Below, one piece after another: positions 11,675-24,399 of a stretch of 64,000 nt of DNA. The translations under genes were made by a program, and so were the position numbers. The notes below the pieces were generated by a model that was not told the origin of the DNA, did no database searches, and saw nothing but the letters and a program-made list of their open reading frames with translations. Source of the stretch: Octopus sinensis (taxonomy: Eukaryota); the NCBI RefSeq assembly GCF_006345805.1, contig NC_043001.1, forward strand, positions 96,596,001 through 96,660,000, written 5' to 3'. How positions within the stretch are numbered: position 1 is the stretch's first letter; each line of letters begins with the position of its first letter.

Positions 11675-11831
11675 CCAAAGAATACCTTAGGAATGAGAAC
11701 CCGGGTTCTATATTTCCCCAAGACACCTGAAGAAGGCTGGAGGGCATATCAGCCGAAACGTTGTGTTAACAACAAACAAGATGAGGACAAATATCCGTCG
11801 AATGTAAATAATGTAAATAATGTAAGTAATA
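11480..11831 (+). mobile_element. Penelope-tail hairpin element (same tail as 4950-5340, no tRNA head)
   Basis: Inverted arm to ~11608, (TAA)n, then tail 11660-11831; TSD tagaata(c/t)t(c/t)tata at 11466-11479 and 11832-11845. Confidence 0.85.
11722..11767 (+). ncRNA. Minimal type I hammerhead ribozyme motif, all stems formable
   Basis: GACAC/GUGUU stem I, CUGAAGA core plus extra A, GGCUG/CAGCC stem II, GAA, palindromic ACGU stem III; predicted cleavage after U11762. Confidence 0.7.
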
Positions 11832-12261
11832 TAGAATATTTTATATTTAGCAAAAACAAGAAAGTAAACTAGATGTTGTGACATTAGTGATGCTAAAAGA
11901 AATGAAATTGTTCACGAGTGGGAATTGAAACCGCAACGTAGTTTCAGCAGTGTGCTAGTTTACTTCTGTATTCGTCCTTGAAATTCATAGAAGATTTATT
12001 TCTTATTCCGGTATGAAGACTATTATTCTAATGAAGGCGGTTATAGTCTATTGATTGTCACTTGTATATTGCATCTACTTGGTTTATGGGTCCCAGAAGA
12101 GTGGAAAGAAAACGAAAAAGAATTTGATGTAAAGGAAGAAACCGAAATACGATAACAAAGGTCATCCAACACTCAATAATTTGACTTGAGAGGACTATAA
12201 AAGAAAAATATGACCGGTCGAAGGAAAGTATATAATTAAAACAGTATATATAATTAGCGTA

Positions 12262-12480
12262 GAATGTGGCCTACTGGACAGCTGCGTTAGGCTCCCGACC
12301 AGAATGTCACGGGCTTGATGCATGTACTGGACTGAGCGGTGCGTTGAATCCTTAAGCAAGGCTTTTCATTTCATGTTGTTCCAGCTTAAACAGCTGGAAA
12401 TCAATACCAGCTGACTACTTGGGAAGCCCTCTCTTCCTCCAGCTGTAAAATTCTTGATAGATTAAAGGTAGACATGTCAA
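12262..12480 (+). mobile_element. Old CORE-like SINE remnant
   Basis: Degenerate tRNA head followed by ccttaagcaaggcttttcatttcatgttgttccag. Confidence 0.4.
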
Positions 12481-13499
12481 GAGAGTGTCTATGCCTGCTC
12501 TTGATTACATAGACACCTAAGACAACGAAAGCATGGTATGTATTGCTATATTATATTCACTTGTCAGTGATTGCTGTAGCATATAATTAGTATAGTTTAG
12601 TATGAAATGAATAATACGATAAATACATTGTGTAGAAAACCGTAAGAATTATTGGTGCATATTTTAGCACCGGATTTCGTAATATTAGGTCGTTAAGAGC
12701 TGAATATCCACCTATATAAGACGGCAGAGTATCTGGTATCTCTAGTTGATAGGTAGCTGAAGTGAGGCATGCCGATTATGGTGTTCTACGAAACCACGGA
12801 TGGATATAAATCATGACCCCGGAGAATGCCGTCCAATAATTTATCTGCTCAATCATTTACAAGTGACGTTTTCCGCATTAAGTTTATGGTTGGCATAAAT
12901 ATTATGTTGGCTGAGCTTCTTTTTACATCTGAATTGATATAAAAGCTAAATAAGAATTGTTAAGCTTTATCATGATTTATTCGATATAAACTGACATGTC
13001 CTGCAGTAAAACGTAAGTTGAATGCTCACGGGAATGAAAAACATTAAAGAATATTAGAGAATTAAATGTCTGTCTTAAGTTTGTTCCTAGCTTGCAGCTC
13101 AAACAACTTAACTTTATCGTATATGATAATCAGCGTAGGTGGTCAAGAGTTTAGTACTTTTGAAAATCTTCCCAACCGTGTGTGATTGAAGCTGTTGATA
13201 TTCAATTTAAATATATGCATCTTTAAGTTAGTGTCTGCAAGATAAATTAAAACGAGTGTCATACTTTAAGAATAACCATACAAAATAGTTAGTGCAGCCT
13301 CAGTTCCTGGAAGCTGGTTGGTCTCATGCATTCGTTATTGAAATATCTTCTCCCACACTTCTCCTCAATTTTGTTTACGGTTGGTGCATCCAACCAACCT
13401 TTCTCTGTCCTGACCCACTTGCCCAAGTATTTTATGCTATAGCGCTGGGTTGACCAAAATCATGTGGTCGGTTTTGGTCGGCAAAAAGCCAGTCGTATT

Positions 13500-13770
13500 C
13501 TTTTCTTTTTTACTTGCTTCATTCATTAAATTGCGGCCATGCTGGAATACCTCGTTGAAGAATTTTAGTCGAACGACCCAACTTCACTGTTTATTTTTTT
13601 AAATCCTAGTACTTATTGCAACGGTATCTTTTGCTGAACTGCTAAATTACAGGCACATAAACACAGCAACACAAGATTGTCACGTGGTAGTGAGCACCCT
13701 GGTCAAGCGTTTTCTGCTATAGCCTCGGGCCGACCGAAGATTTGATAGAGGGAACCTGAAAGCAACCCGT

Positions 13771-13775
<5 letters not shown>
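13500..13775. mobile_element. Rearranged degenerate family B SINE fragments
   Basis: gcggccatgctgga...ctagtacttatt (minus) adjacent to ctatagcctcgggccgacc (plus). Confidence 0.55.
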
Positions 13776-13839
<64 letters not shown>

Positions 13840-14427
13840 GTGTAAATGTAAAAAGCATTAAATACTGCAAAACGTACGCGTAAAACAGACACAGAAGGAC
13901 CCTAATTCTTCATCAGTTTTCGACCAAAATTCTGATACTCAGTTTCATGCACTTATTTAACGATTAGACTGAGAACTTCCTATATCAGCGGCACCTGCAA
14001 AATCTGCGGAGAATCATGGCTTGAGCAAACAAAAGAATACAAAAGAATACGTACGAAGGTAAACATATGTTATTTGAAACGATAGACGGAGACGTGATAA
14101 ATACAGCCTTTCAACAAACACGAGCATGATGGGTAACGCCTAGAAGACGCCTTTTATGGATATCAAAAGAGAATTAGCATGTGAAGAGATAAATGTTAAC
14201 CAGCAAGGTAAGCGTCCGGTGGCGAAAATGCAGAGATGAGAACATTAGTCACGGGTTACGTGTGGGCAGTAGAGAATGAGAAGGAGGGAAAGCGACAGAG
14301 AGAGCGACGTAAGATTGTGGTTGCGATTCCCTGACCGGGCTATGGGCGGCAAAGGTGAGTAATCCTGCAGCAGAGTGGCGTCCCGTCCAGGGAGATAATA
14401 TATACGCCACCGGATGTGGGAAACCGC

Positions 14428-14725
14428 GTGACTCGGTGGTTAGAACACTGGGCTCAAAATGATGAGGTAGTGAGTCCGATTCCCGGACTGGGCTGTATGT
14501 TCTGTTCTTCAACAAGACACTTTATTTTACGTTGCCATAGTTCATTCAGCTTCAGAGATGAGTTGTGACGTCACTGGTGCCAAGCTGTATCGGCCCCTTT
14601 GCCTTTCCCTTGGATAACATCATTGGTGTGGAAAGGGGAGGCTGGTATGAATGGGCGACTGCCGGTCAGGTGCCTCGGAGGGGAACTTTCTAGGTGCAAT
14701 GCCATGGTCCTTCATGATCGAAGGT
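14428..14725 (+). mobile_element. CORE-type tRNA SINE
   Basis: ggtggttagaacactg head; caagacactttattttacgttgc...cagc resembles the CORE domain. Confidence 0.6.
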
Positions 14726-14729
14726 GGTC

Positions 14730-14904
14730 TTTGTTACTCATTTGCTTGTTTCAGGCTTTGACTACGGCCATGCTGGAGCACCACCTCTATCCGAAAGAAT
14801 CGACCCTGGGACTTATTCTTTGTAAGCCTAGTACTTATTCTATCGGTCTCTTTTGCCAAACATTCCAATATCGGTTGTCAAGCGATGACAGGGGGACAAA
14901 CACA

Positions 14905-14948
<44 letters not shown>

Positions 14949-15149
14949 TTCACACACATACACACGCATAAATATATATACGACGGGCTTCTTTCAATTT
15001 CCGTCTACCAAATCCACTCACAAGGCTTTGTTTGGTCGGCCCGAAGCTTTAACAGGAGACATTTGCCCAAGGGTCCACGTAGTGGGACTGAACCCAGAAC
15101 CATATAGTTGAGAAGCAAGTTTCTTATCACAGGGCCACGCGTGCGCCTG
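14730..15149 (-). mobile_element. Family B SINE
   Basis: Homology to 4225-4624 with internal (CA)n. Confidence 0.8.
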
Positions 15150-15188
15150 TAATAGTACATTTGTTATTTCGAAAACCGAACCTCTTAA

Positions 15189-15588
15189 GGCGGCGAGCTG
15201 GCGGAAACGTTAGCACGCCGGACGAAATGTTTAGTGGTATTTCGTCTGACGCTACGTTCTGAGTTCAAATTCCACTGAGGTCGACTTTGCCTTTCATCCT
15301 TTCAGGGGTCGATTAAATAAGTACCAGTTACGCAGTGGGGTCTATATAATCGACTTAATCCCTTTGTCTGTCCTTGTTTGTTCTCTCTGTGTTTAGCCCC
15401 TTATGGGCAGTAAAGAAATAGGTATTTTGTCTGTCTTTACTTTCTGAGTTCATATTCCGCCGAGGTCGACTTTGCCTTTCATCCTTTCGGGGTCAATAAT
15501 TTAAGCACCAGTTGCGTACCGGGGCCGATCTAATCGACAGGCCCCTTCCCACAAAATTTCGGGCTTTGTACCTAGAGTAGAAAAGAAA
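15189..15588 (+). mobile_element. Dimeric family A SINE
   Basis: Full monomer plus headless second monomer with alternative tail; single imperfect TSD aaaa(c/a)cgaacc(t/c)ctt at ~15172 and ~15586. Confidence 0.85.
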
Positions 15589-15879
15589 AACGAACCCCTT
15601 TAAATAGTAATTCTAAAAGAGATTCGCCAATGACACTGACACTAGAGACAAGTCAAATTGCCGCAAATGGTCTGAAATGGAAACATGGTTTCAGATTGCT
15701 CGTAGTTTGCAGTTTGTTTCAGAATCATATAACATTAATTTCTTTTCGCTGCTGTTTACTCTAGACACACTTTAATAAAGACATCAATATCAAATATTCT
15801 CATCCCATCCATTCCCCTCGCAACTTCTCCCCATCTCCTTCTCTCAAATATATATATACGCATTTATCTGTCTTTCTTT

Positions 15880-15882
15880 CCC

Positions 15883-15956
<74 letters not shown>

Positions 15957-15982
15957 ATATATGTACAGATATATATGTATGT

Positions 15983-16076
<94 letters not shown>

Positions 16077-16149
16077 CTATATATATATATAAATACATAC
16101 ATATATATATATGTATATATACATGTATACACGCATCTAGCTCTCTCTC

Positions 16150-16186
<37 letters not shown>

Positions 16187-16300
16187 CATTACACATACAT
16201 ATAATTACACACACACACACACACACATTCATACATACATTTATGTGTGTGTATGTATGTATGTATGTATGTATGTATGTATATATATATATATGTAATG
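15880..16300. repeat. Compound (TA)n/(TC)n/(CA)n/(TATG)n microsatellite
   Basis: Direct reading. Confidence 0.95.
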
Positions 16301-16774
16301 TATGTATATATAAAACAGGGAAATACGTAACTGATGCAAAAGTGAACGCTGTAGAACGAGTGGTATTAAATTTCCGGTGAGCAGAGTGCGCAATATAATA
16401 ACAGACTTGATTCTCGGTGTTAAGCAAGTTTACTTCCTTTATGCCTTTAATAACATTCAGAAAGGTGTGATTATCGCACACACCCATTCCCATCTCTGAT
16501 CAATCTCTGGTCTCGTCTCCAAATAACAAATCAGACTTGATTGTTATACACTTGTAAGCAAATACATACACAATGTCAAACGTGGTTCGTTGTTTTTGTT
16601 TTTGGTTTTTCTTCTTTTAGTGCCTCCAATCAATCGCATTTGTGATAATCAAAGAAACGGTCGACATAATAATAATCACAAGCTCAGCGACCTTTGAGCT
16701 AAGAGACTTAAAGTAGAAAGAAATGCCGCTACGGGTTTTTTTCCGGCGAAGTAACCATTCCGCCGGCTCACCGC

Positions 16775-17428
<654 letters not shown>

Positions 17429-17448
17429 TTATAATAATAATAATATAT

Positions 17449-17670
17449 GCCCTGATGCAGCACCAGGCAGTGGCTATCGTGGTTTCTGATCTTTGATTGG
17501 AAGTGTTATCATGTACATTGTTTTGTCTTGGTATAAAAGATGGGCTACAGCAAATATTCTGCTCAATACCACATATTTTCTTGTCAGTTGTTTGACCTTA
17601 ATCAGTCCCTTAGTGGCTGACGATATGTGTATCTCTGACCACGAGCAGAAGTAGTGGGGGAGCATCATAG
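17449..17670. mobile_element. Family E unclassified repeat, partial
   Basis: ccctgatgcag...ggggagcatcatag homologous to 18281-18835 and 25915-26397. Confidence 0.75.
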
Positions 17671-17699
17671 AACAGAGATGAATGTATCAGTAAAAAGTG

Positions 17700-18170
17700 A
17701 TGTTGGTTGAGTGTGTAAATTCAAAGTGGCACAAATGGAGTATGAACACGAGCCAGAAGCTACGTAGGCAAATAATTATTACAGGTTTCTATGGGATTTT
17801 TCCATAAGGACTGACCGTATTGTTGAAGCATGAAAACTAGGTATGATTGTAGCGGAGGATCCAACAGTGTAAAATCAAAAGAATACCAAAGAAATTGCAA
17901 TACAAAAAGTGAGAAAATTGAGAAACATCTGGACCTAGCCAGGGAGTTAAAGAGATTGTGGAAAACAAATGTAAGAAATGATCCAGTAGTAATTGGTGCA
18001 TTTGGCTCAACACCACAATTTCGATCTAAGAGACTGAAAAATATTGGAATTGAGACATGTTTTGCTTTAAAGTACCTTTTACATTAAACAAGACTTCTAA
18101 GAAATATTCTAGAAATTTGAAATTAGTTGTTTTCCTCAAACTTCAAGACAAGATATTCATGCTAAGGTAA
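17700..18170 (+). mobile_element. Decayed R4/Dong-like RLE fragment
   Basis: EKIEKHLDLARELKRLWKTNVRNDPVVIGAFG. Confidence 0.7.
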
Positions 18171-18280
18171 TAATCATAATAATGATGTTGATGATGATGA
18201 TGATGATGATAATGATGATGATGATGAGGATGATGATGATGATGTCGACGATGATGATGATGATGATGACGATGATAAAT

Positions 18281-18835
18281 TCCCTGATGCAGTACAAAAC
18301 AGTGGCTCTCATGGCTTCTGATCTTAACTGATTGGAAGTGTTATCATGTACACTGTTTTGTCTTGGTATAAAAGATGGGCTCCAGCAAATATTCTGCTCA
18401 ATACTTCAGATTTGCTTGTCAGGTGTTTGACCTTAACCAGATGAGCATGTCCCTTAGTGGCTGACGATATGTTCATCTCTGATCACGAGCAGAAGCAGTG
18501 GGGGAGCATCATAGCCACGTGTTGAGAGGGATTCTTTGGGGTTTGAATGATTCACCTCTGGAAACATGGGTGGTTTGTTCAACATCCTTAAACAACCTAT
18601 ATTTAGGGACCTTTTGAACGGGATGATCTACTCAACCTGAAGAAAATTCTAACTGGGCCTCACCTGCAATTTCATGAGCTGTTTATCTTGATACGAGATC
18701 AACATGTCGCGCACACATGGTTGTGATGCATGTGCCTGGTGTACCCTTATCAGACGGGTTTTCATGATGGGTACACTGGGCTTCGTATATTTTACCCCAG
18801 TGTCATTTTGATGGCATGCACTGCTCTCTCACTCA
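18281..18835. mobile_element. Family E unclassified ~550-bp repeat, longest copy
   Basis: Bounded by (GAT)n and ctcactcaa(TAA)n; three copies in window; no tRNA head, TIR or ORF seen. Confidence 0.75.
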
Positions 18836-18847
18836 ATAATAATAATA

Positions 18848-18881
<34 letters not shown>

Positions 18882-18884
18882 CCT

Positions 18885-18985
18885 TTCTACTATAGGCACA
18901 AAGCCTGAAATTTTGATGGGGGAGATTAGTCGATTACATCGACCCCAGCGTTTCATTGGTATTTAATTTATCGACCTCAAAAGAA
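18885..18985 (-). mobile_element. Partial family A SINE (tail-2 type)
   Basis: tcctttctactataggcacaaagcctgaaatttt...gtcgattacatcgacccc. Confidence 0.6.
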
Positions 18986-19043
18986 TAACAACAGCAGCAA
19001 TAATAATAATGATAATAATAATAACAACAACAACAACAACAAC

Positions 19044-19081
<38 letters not shown>

Positions 19082-19723
19082 AATAATAATAATAATAATA
19101 ATAATAATTGTTCCTTACTAATGTTGTCGATATTGCTTTTGTTGTTTTCCGACTGTCATAAATTTTGCATCTTCGTAAATTTGTTTAAATTATTGCTGTT
19201 CTTTTTTCTCAATCAGACACTTGTTAAATTGAATACTTGTTAATAGTTTTGCAGCTCAGCTGTGTCTGTGTAAGTAAACGTGTAAGTAATTTCTTTGTTT
19301 CACTCGACAATGTGGCGAATACGCTGACTAGTTGAAAATTTAACGGGAGAAAACAATTAGCAAATAACAACAGAACAAGAAGCAAAGAAAACTATAACAA
19401 TGATTGTGTCAACAACCGTTATCAAAGACGTGAAGAGTGTGATGATAGACAGATCAAGAGTAGAAGAGTTACCGGAGAAGAATAAATGAGTCAAGAATGC
19501 TATCTATTAAAGGGCTTGTATGCATGTTAACTCCAAACATTAAAAGTATTAGCAAAAAAAAACAAAACACGGTCACACCAGAAAAAAGAAATCAATCACC
19601 ATATCTGTTAAAGCAACGGATAGAAATTTTAGGGTGGTTTGCTAAGTATTGAGCCTGTAGGGTCCTGGTTATGGAAGCTAAATGCGTCGTTTATGCGGAT
19701 GAAAGTTTGCAGGTACCGATCTA

Positions 19724-19955
19724 TGGCGGCGAGCTGGCAGAATCGTTAGCACGCCGGGCGAAATGCGTAGCCGTATTTCGTCTGCCGTTACGTTCTGAGT
19801 TCAAATTCCGCCGAGGTCGACTTTGCCTTTCGTCCTTTCGGGGTCGATAAATTAAGTACCAGTTACGCACTGGGGTCGATATAATCGACTTAATCCGTTT
19901 GTCTGTCCTTGTTTGTCCCCTCTATGTTTAGCCTCTTGTGGGTAATAAAGAAACA
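19724..19955 (+). mobile_element. Full-length family A SINE between 124-bp direct repeats
   Basis: Repeats at 19600-19723 and 19956-20079. Confidence 0.9.
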
Positions 19956-20249
19956 CATATCTGTTAAGACAACGGATAGGAATTTTGGGGTGGTTTGCTA
20001 AGTTTTGAGCATGTAGGGTCCTGGTTATGGAAGCTAAATGCGCCGTTTATGCGGATGAAAGTTTGCAGGTACCAATCTAGCAAACACAATAAGTGTAAAG
20101 TGACGGTTGTAGTGTGGGTTTGAACAGCAAATAATTAGCATCAGAAAACATGAAACAAGAAAGAGAATTGAAAGTAAATTTAGAAGAGTACAAAAAATAC
20201 CGCTTTCGGGTTCTCGGGTGCTAAGTTACGAGGATACTAAGTCGTTCGA

Positions 20250-21450
20250 TGGTGCTGAACTGCAGGCCACTTCGTGGTCATAGAGGGTGTATGATCCTCA
20301 ATTCCATGCATTCGTGTGTGGTTTCTTTACAGACATTGCAGATGCACTACATCAGTGCAGTTGGCAAAATAACCGGAGATGGTAGTCTTCGATACAGACC
20401 TTGACTGTCCATTACAAGTTCTGTAGGAAATGGAAAAGTAATGCGAAAATCTTATTTCTGCTTCTAAAATAACAGACAGTCCGTTTCATCCTGCGAAATA
20501 AAGGCCACTAAGACTTCATGATTTTCTTTACGTACTTTATTAGAGTAACTGAGATTCTTCAACCATTTTTGACAGAGGTATATGAGGAACTGGTAACAGA
20601 ACGAGAAGATTTCCAGTATTGTCACCTGGAAAATGGTACTGATTTCGAAAGTAGTGAGGAGGAAAGATGCCAAAAATAAACATGTGTTAAACAATTTCAG
20701 ATCCAAAACTCTACTGGGCCATGAGGTAAATATTCGAACGAGGGTGCTCGGCAGGAGCTTGTTACGAATACTATTCTCGGGCCATAGGGTGTAATATTTA
20801 TACACATAGCTTTAGTGGATTCCACTGAAAAGTCAACCATTAATACTTGACAGTTGTACCTACACAACCCATTTCGTTCATCAGGGTATGGATCACAACA
20901 TTGTACAGTAACTTTCCTTCCCTGCGATGACAGGGAATATTCACTTCCATGATGTAGTTGGGATTCCTGTGTTCTGTCTTCAGGTGTTATGTCTCCTATT
21001 TTCCTCATCGTTTTTGCTCTTAGTTACTGCGGAAAGTGTCAGAATTCAGGGAAGCCGAGCCTGCATATGCCAACTGTGGCATCATCTTGGTGTTGGACTC
21101 ATAGTAAAAGCTGTTTGGTAAAATCCCGAAGGAATATGAGGTTGTAACAGGGATAATCATTAATGGGGACAAATCGGTGGACTTGCAACACCACACGAGG
21201 CGAGGTAGCAGTGTCATCAGCTTTTGATCGACAGTCCAGTGATTGTGCTTGAGGTGTGATTCCAAATAAATGTTCTGAGTGGAAACTCTTACTGAGAAGT
21301 AAGAATAAAGTGGCCAACCCCTGCACTGCACCAATAATTTATTATTGTCTGCGAAAGTGCTTTGCCCAGGTTGTGTCTGATGAGGTTGGAGTGTTCGCTG
21401 TTTTACATATTCTATAAAGGGTTTTACGTTGCCAAGTAAGAAGGCCTATC
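20250..21450 (-). pseudogene. Decayed APE-endonuclease region of a CR1/Jockey-type LINE
   Basis: Frame-hopping remnants VESTKAMCINITPYGPRIVFVTSSCRAP, PGDNTGNLL and DYHLR resemble APE YRPP, GDFN and SDH motifs. Confidence 0.4.
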
Positions 21451-22314
21451 TCTTACCACCATCTTCTGTATGGAGAGTTCGATAAACCATCACTGACATA
21501 TAATGTAGAGACAGTCGCTGTATCTGAAACATATGCAGATATTCATTGAGAATAAGCAGATGTAGTCATTAGTTTTCAAGTACAGTTTCTCACAACTTGT
21601 TTTTTTAACAGGGATCCGTCACAGGCCGAAACTGGGTGTCTGGCGCTTGAAATATTGCAAAGAACTGACTGTCTTCTTCCTGTCTGTCAATGTGGTCTGT
21701 GGGAAGTCCACACTAGTAACCTAGCAGTTGAGTCTAAGAACGAGCGACCGGGTTCTCAGGGATCGCTCTTTACCCCGTCTTGTTGAGTGGTGAATATGAT
21801 TCACAAGAATTGTGTTCTGATGTAGCCTGCTTCGGTATCAGGTGCTGATTTTGTAGAATGAGTGCATATCCGAGGCACAATGAATTACAACTGAGTGCAA
21901 TGTGAGTTGTGGGAACTTGGGTGTTATAGTGTAAGGAGAACGAGTAAGAGAATGCGTTGTGTTTCTTTGTGGGATGATTATTGCGTTGCATGGGTTGTCT
22001 TATTTAACTGGGCGATTAATGTGTTGGACATGTGCAAAGAGTATACTACTGTGGTGTGATATTGAATTGAAAGTATTTTACGCCATGATATTCATGACAA
22101 GTATTTAGCTATTTTCTGACCAGTTTTTAATTTTGCATTCCAGAATGGCTAGCAAGCCTAGTTTTTAATATATCTAGTGACATAATTGTTATGACACTAT
22201 TTTTACTTTCTCCGCATTCTGTTACTTTTAGTCCCGAGATTCTTTTCTTTTGACAGTTTATCAACTTCCTTTCATACAATATTTAGGTCAGAAGGAATAG
22301 CAAAATCAGTTTTC

Positions 22315-22600
22315 ACTTCACTACCGAGCGCAGCTCTGTGTGCCTTGGGTATGTGCTGTGGTTTGTTGTGATGCTCTGATGGTTATTGTATTGAAAGTGT
22401 TTTGCGTAGGATGTGGGCAGTGCCCAGTAGTGCAATTTTCTGTATGTTATATGTGTATGTAAGTCCTGGTGTTTTTGTTATGTATTTGTCTGAATATTAT
22501 GCGCCTACTATGCGCCTGCTATGATAGGGATTGTTTCTGTATTTAGATTCTACATTCGAGTTACTTATATTTCCAGGTCTCCATTTCTTTTAGAGACACG
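22315..22600 (-). mobile_element. 3' end of R4/Dong-like LINE
   Basis: IQKIALLGTAHILRKTLSIQ* plus 3' UTR; same UTR end recurs at 25692-25765 (+). Confidence 0.75.
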
Positions 22601-24399
22601 TTGTCATCAGCATGCATGATCCCCCACCCCGCACCTGGTCCTTCATTATTAAATCAGGATTGCTTTTCTCGATCTCGTTGTGAATTTCAATAAGCATGAC
22701 CCAGTCGGTTGTAGTTCGATAGTTTGGGTGTACATACATATAACATTTCTTCTACATTTTCACAAAAATATCCTATAAAATATACTAATAATTCAATGCT
22801 ATCTTATCTTCACTACTCTCATATCAATATGAAATATGTATATGCTTTGTGATATAGTTTACCATATTGGACATCAGTCTTTTAATCAGTCTGATTTATA
22901 TGAAAATATAGAGAAATTGTCCCTTGGAAGAAAACAAAATATAAATGTACGGTTTCTACTGAAGACAGTCATTACAAAGCTTCTGCGTCACACCGGATAA
23001 ATGTCACCGGTATTTCATTCAAAATGTCCTTAAAGTAAGATCAATAGATAGTAATCTTGATCTAACGAAATATTAGGGTGCCAGAAATGGTAGACTTTTC
23101 GATCTGATCGATCAATATATTGATTTTTTATCTTTACCGCCTTTCGATAATTGGATCTTTCAGTACTGTAAAATAGTAAAGTAAAAATAATTGTGTGTGT
23201 TTGTATTAGTAGACTGTAATCGTGGAAGAAGCTATCATATTCTATAAGTTTCAAATTATATTTGACAACAAATGTATATCAGCTAATATTGATTTGTTAT
23301 TTTGGCACAAGACCAGGGATTATTTATAAGAGATGAGAATAAGAGTGTGCAATCAGCACTTTTTTTCTCAATGTTATTATAGGCGTAAAGAAAGCAAACT
23401 TGTTTGAACCGAGGAACAAATACGTGTGGCTTTGGGCTCTCAGATTAGAGAGGAGATAAAATGGGATTGATTAACAGTCATGATGCTTTTAATGTGAGCC
23501 TGCTGACAGCTGTGAAGAAGGAAAGCGGTATTATTACCTTAAATACAAGTCAAAATCAAGTGGAAACCACAACATAATTTCAAGTACTAGCTGAAGTAGA
23601 TACTTAACCTTACTTATAGTATTAACGTTTTGAGAATTTTTGCGTTGAACCATTTCTTTAACATCTTATCTCTGGAAATGTTCTTACAATTCAATAGAGA
23701 TAGCTCTTAAATTATTGCCTCTATACGCACCTTAGAGCTATTAGCTAACTGCATACGATTTTTATTAAGGACTACTCGAACCATTAGTCTGTTTAATCTC
23801 CATCTGATTTAAACTCTTCGTCCAGTTATTTTCTCTCCAGAACTACTCCCCTCTATCATTACTTACCCACCTATGCTTATCATGCAGACATTCTAATTGA
23901 GCATCAAAAACGCCCAACTCACTAGCTTAAGAAGATCTTCGAATATACACCGTAGCTAACCTTCTCCTCCCATGACAAACATACTTAATAAACTTACAAC
24001 ATATGAGATGCAAAGTATGAACAAATTAAAAATATATTTAAAATATCTAGAATTCCTTTTTGGTGGTTTTCCTTCCGTCAGCAGCGAAGTTGCGTTTTAC
24101 TGCAGAGCATTCTCAGTTTATATATAATAAATTATGGTAGCGTTACACCATTCTTGTTATTTACTAAATTAATTAAATTAATTCAGGTGAAAAATACAAA
24201 ATGCCCTAACATTTTCTTGTCGTGCCTTATAATTTAACACACTCACTGGTAAAATTTCCACTTATTTCTTATTTTTATTTTCCTAAAATTTTCGTTGTGT
24301 CTTGTAACCTTTTCAATAGTCTTGACTATAGTTTATATTTTCTAGATGGTGTGAATAATATCTTCCTTTATTGACTTATTTGATAGAGGTTTTTCTCTA

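Larger units (their letters stand above)
10242..11900. repeat. Diverged direct repeats (10242-10620 and 11384-11900) flanking ~760 bp, each interrupted by a different insert
   Basis: aaaccca(a/g)cactttcac...tagaatact and atattta...aagtaaactaga(a/t)gttgtgacattagt occur in both copies. Confidence 0.8.

Noticed and set aside
13270-13350. MRPTSFQELR peptide (minus) reminiscent of a Helitron motif
   Set aside because: Only a few residues match and they are surrounded by stops; no other Rep/helicase motif.
18440-18520. CUGACGA in family E, and CUAAGGGAC on its minus strand, as hammerhead or HDV-like ribozyme
   Set aside because: There is no GAAA with a closing stem II, and P1/P3/P1.1 of an HDV fold could not be assembled.
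20865-20895. ccCUGAUGAacGAAAuggg on the minus strand
   Set aside because: No stem II, and G at the cleavage position; it lies within a decayed LINE coding region.
21735-21775. Interleaved complementary segments (agaac/gttct and gagcga/tcgctc) suggesting a pseudoknot
   Set aside because: Zero-length connecting loops make both helices unlikely to form together, and it does not fit HDV or twister consensus.
24235-24330. Half-palindrome with degenerate ctattga...gttac-aagac-acaac-GAAA
   Set aside because: Core and stem II are too degenerate in this copy to call a ribozyme.
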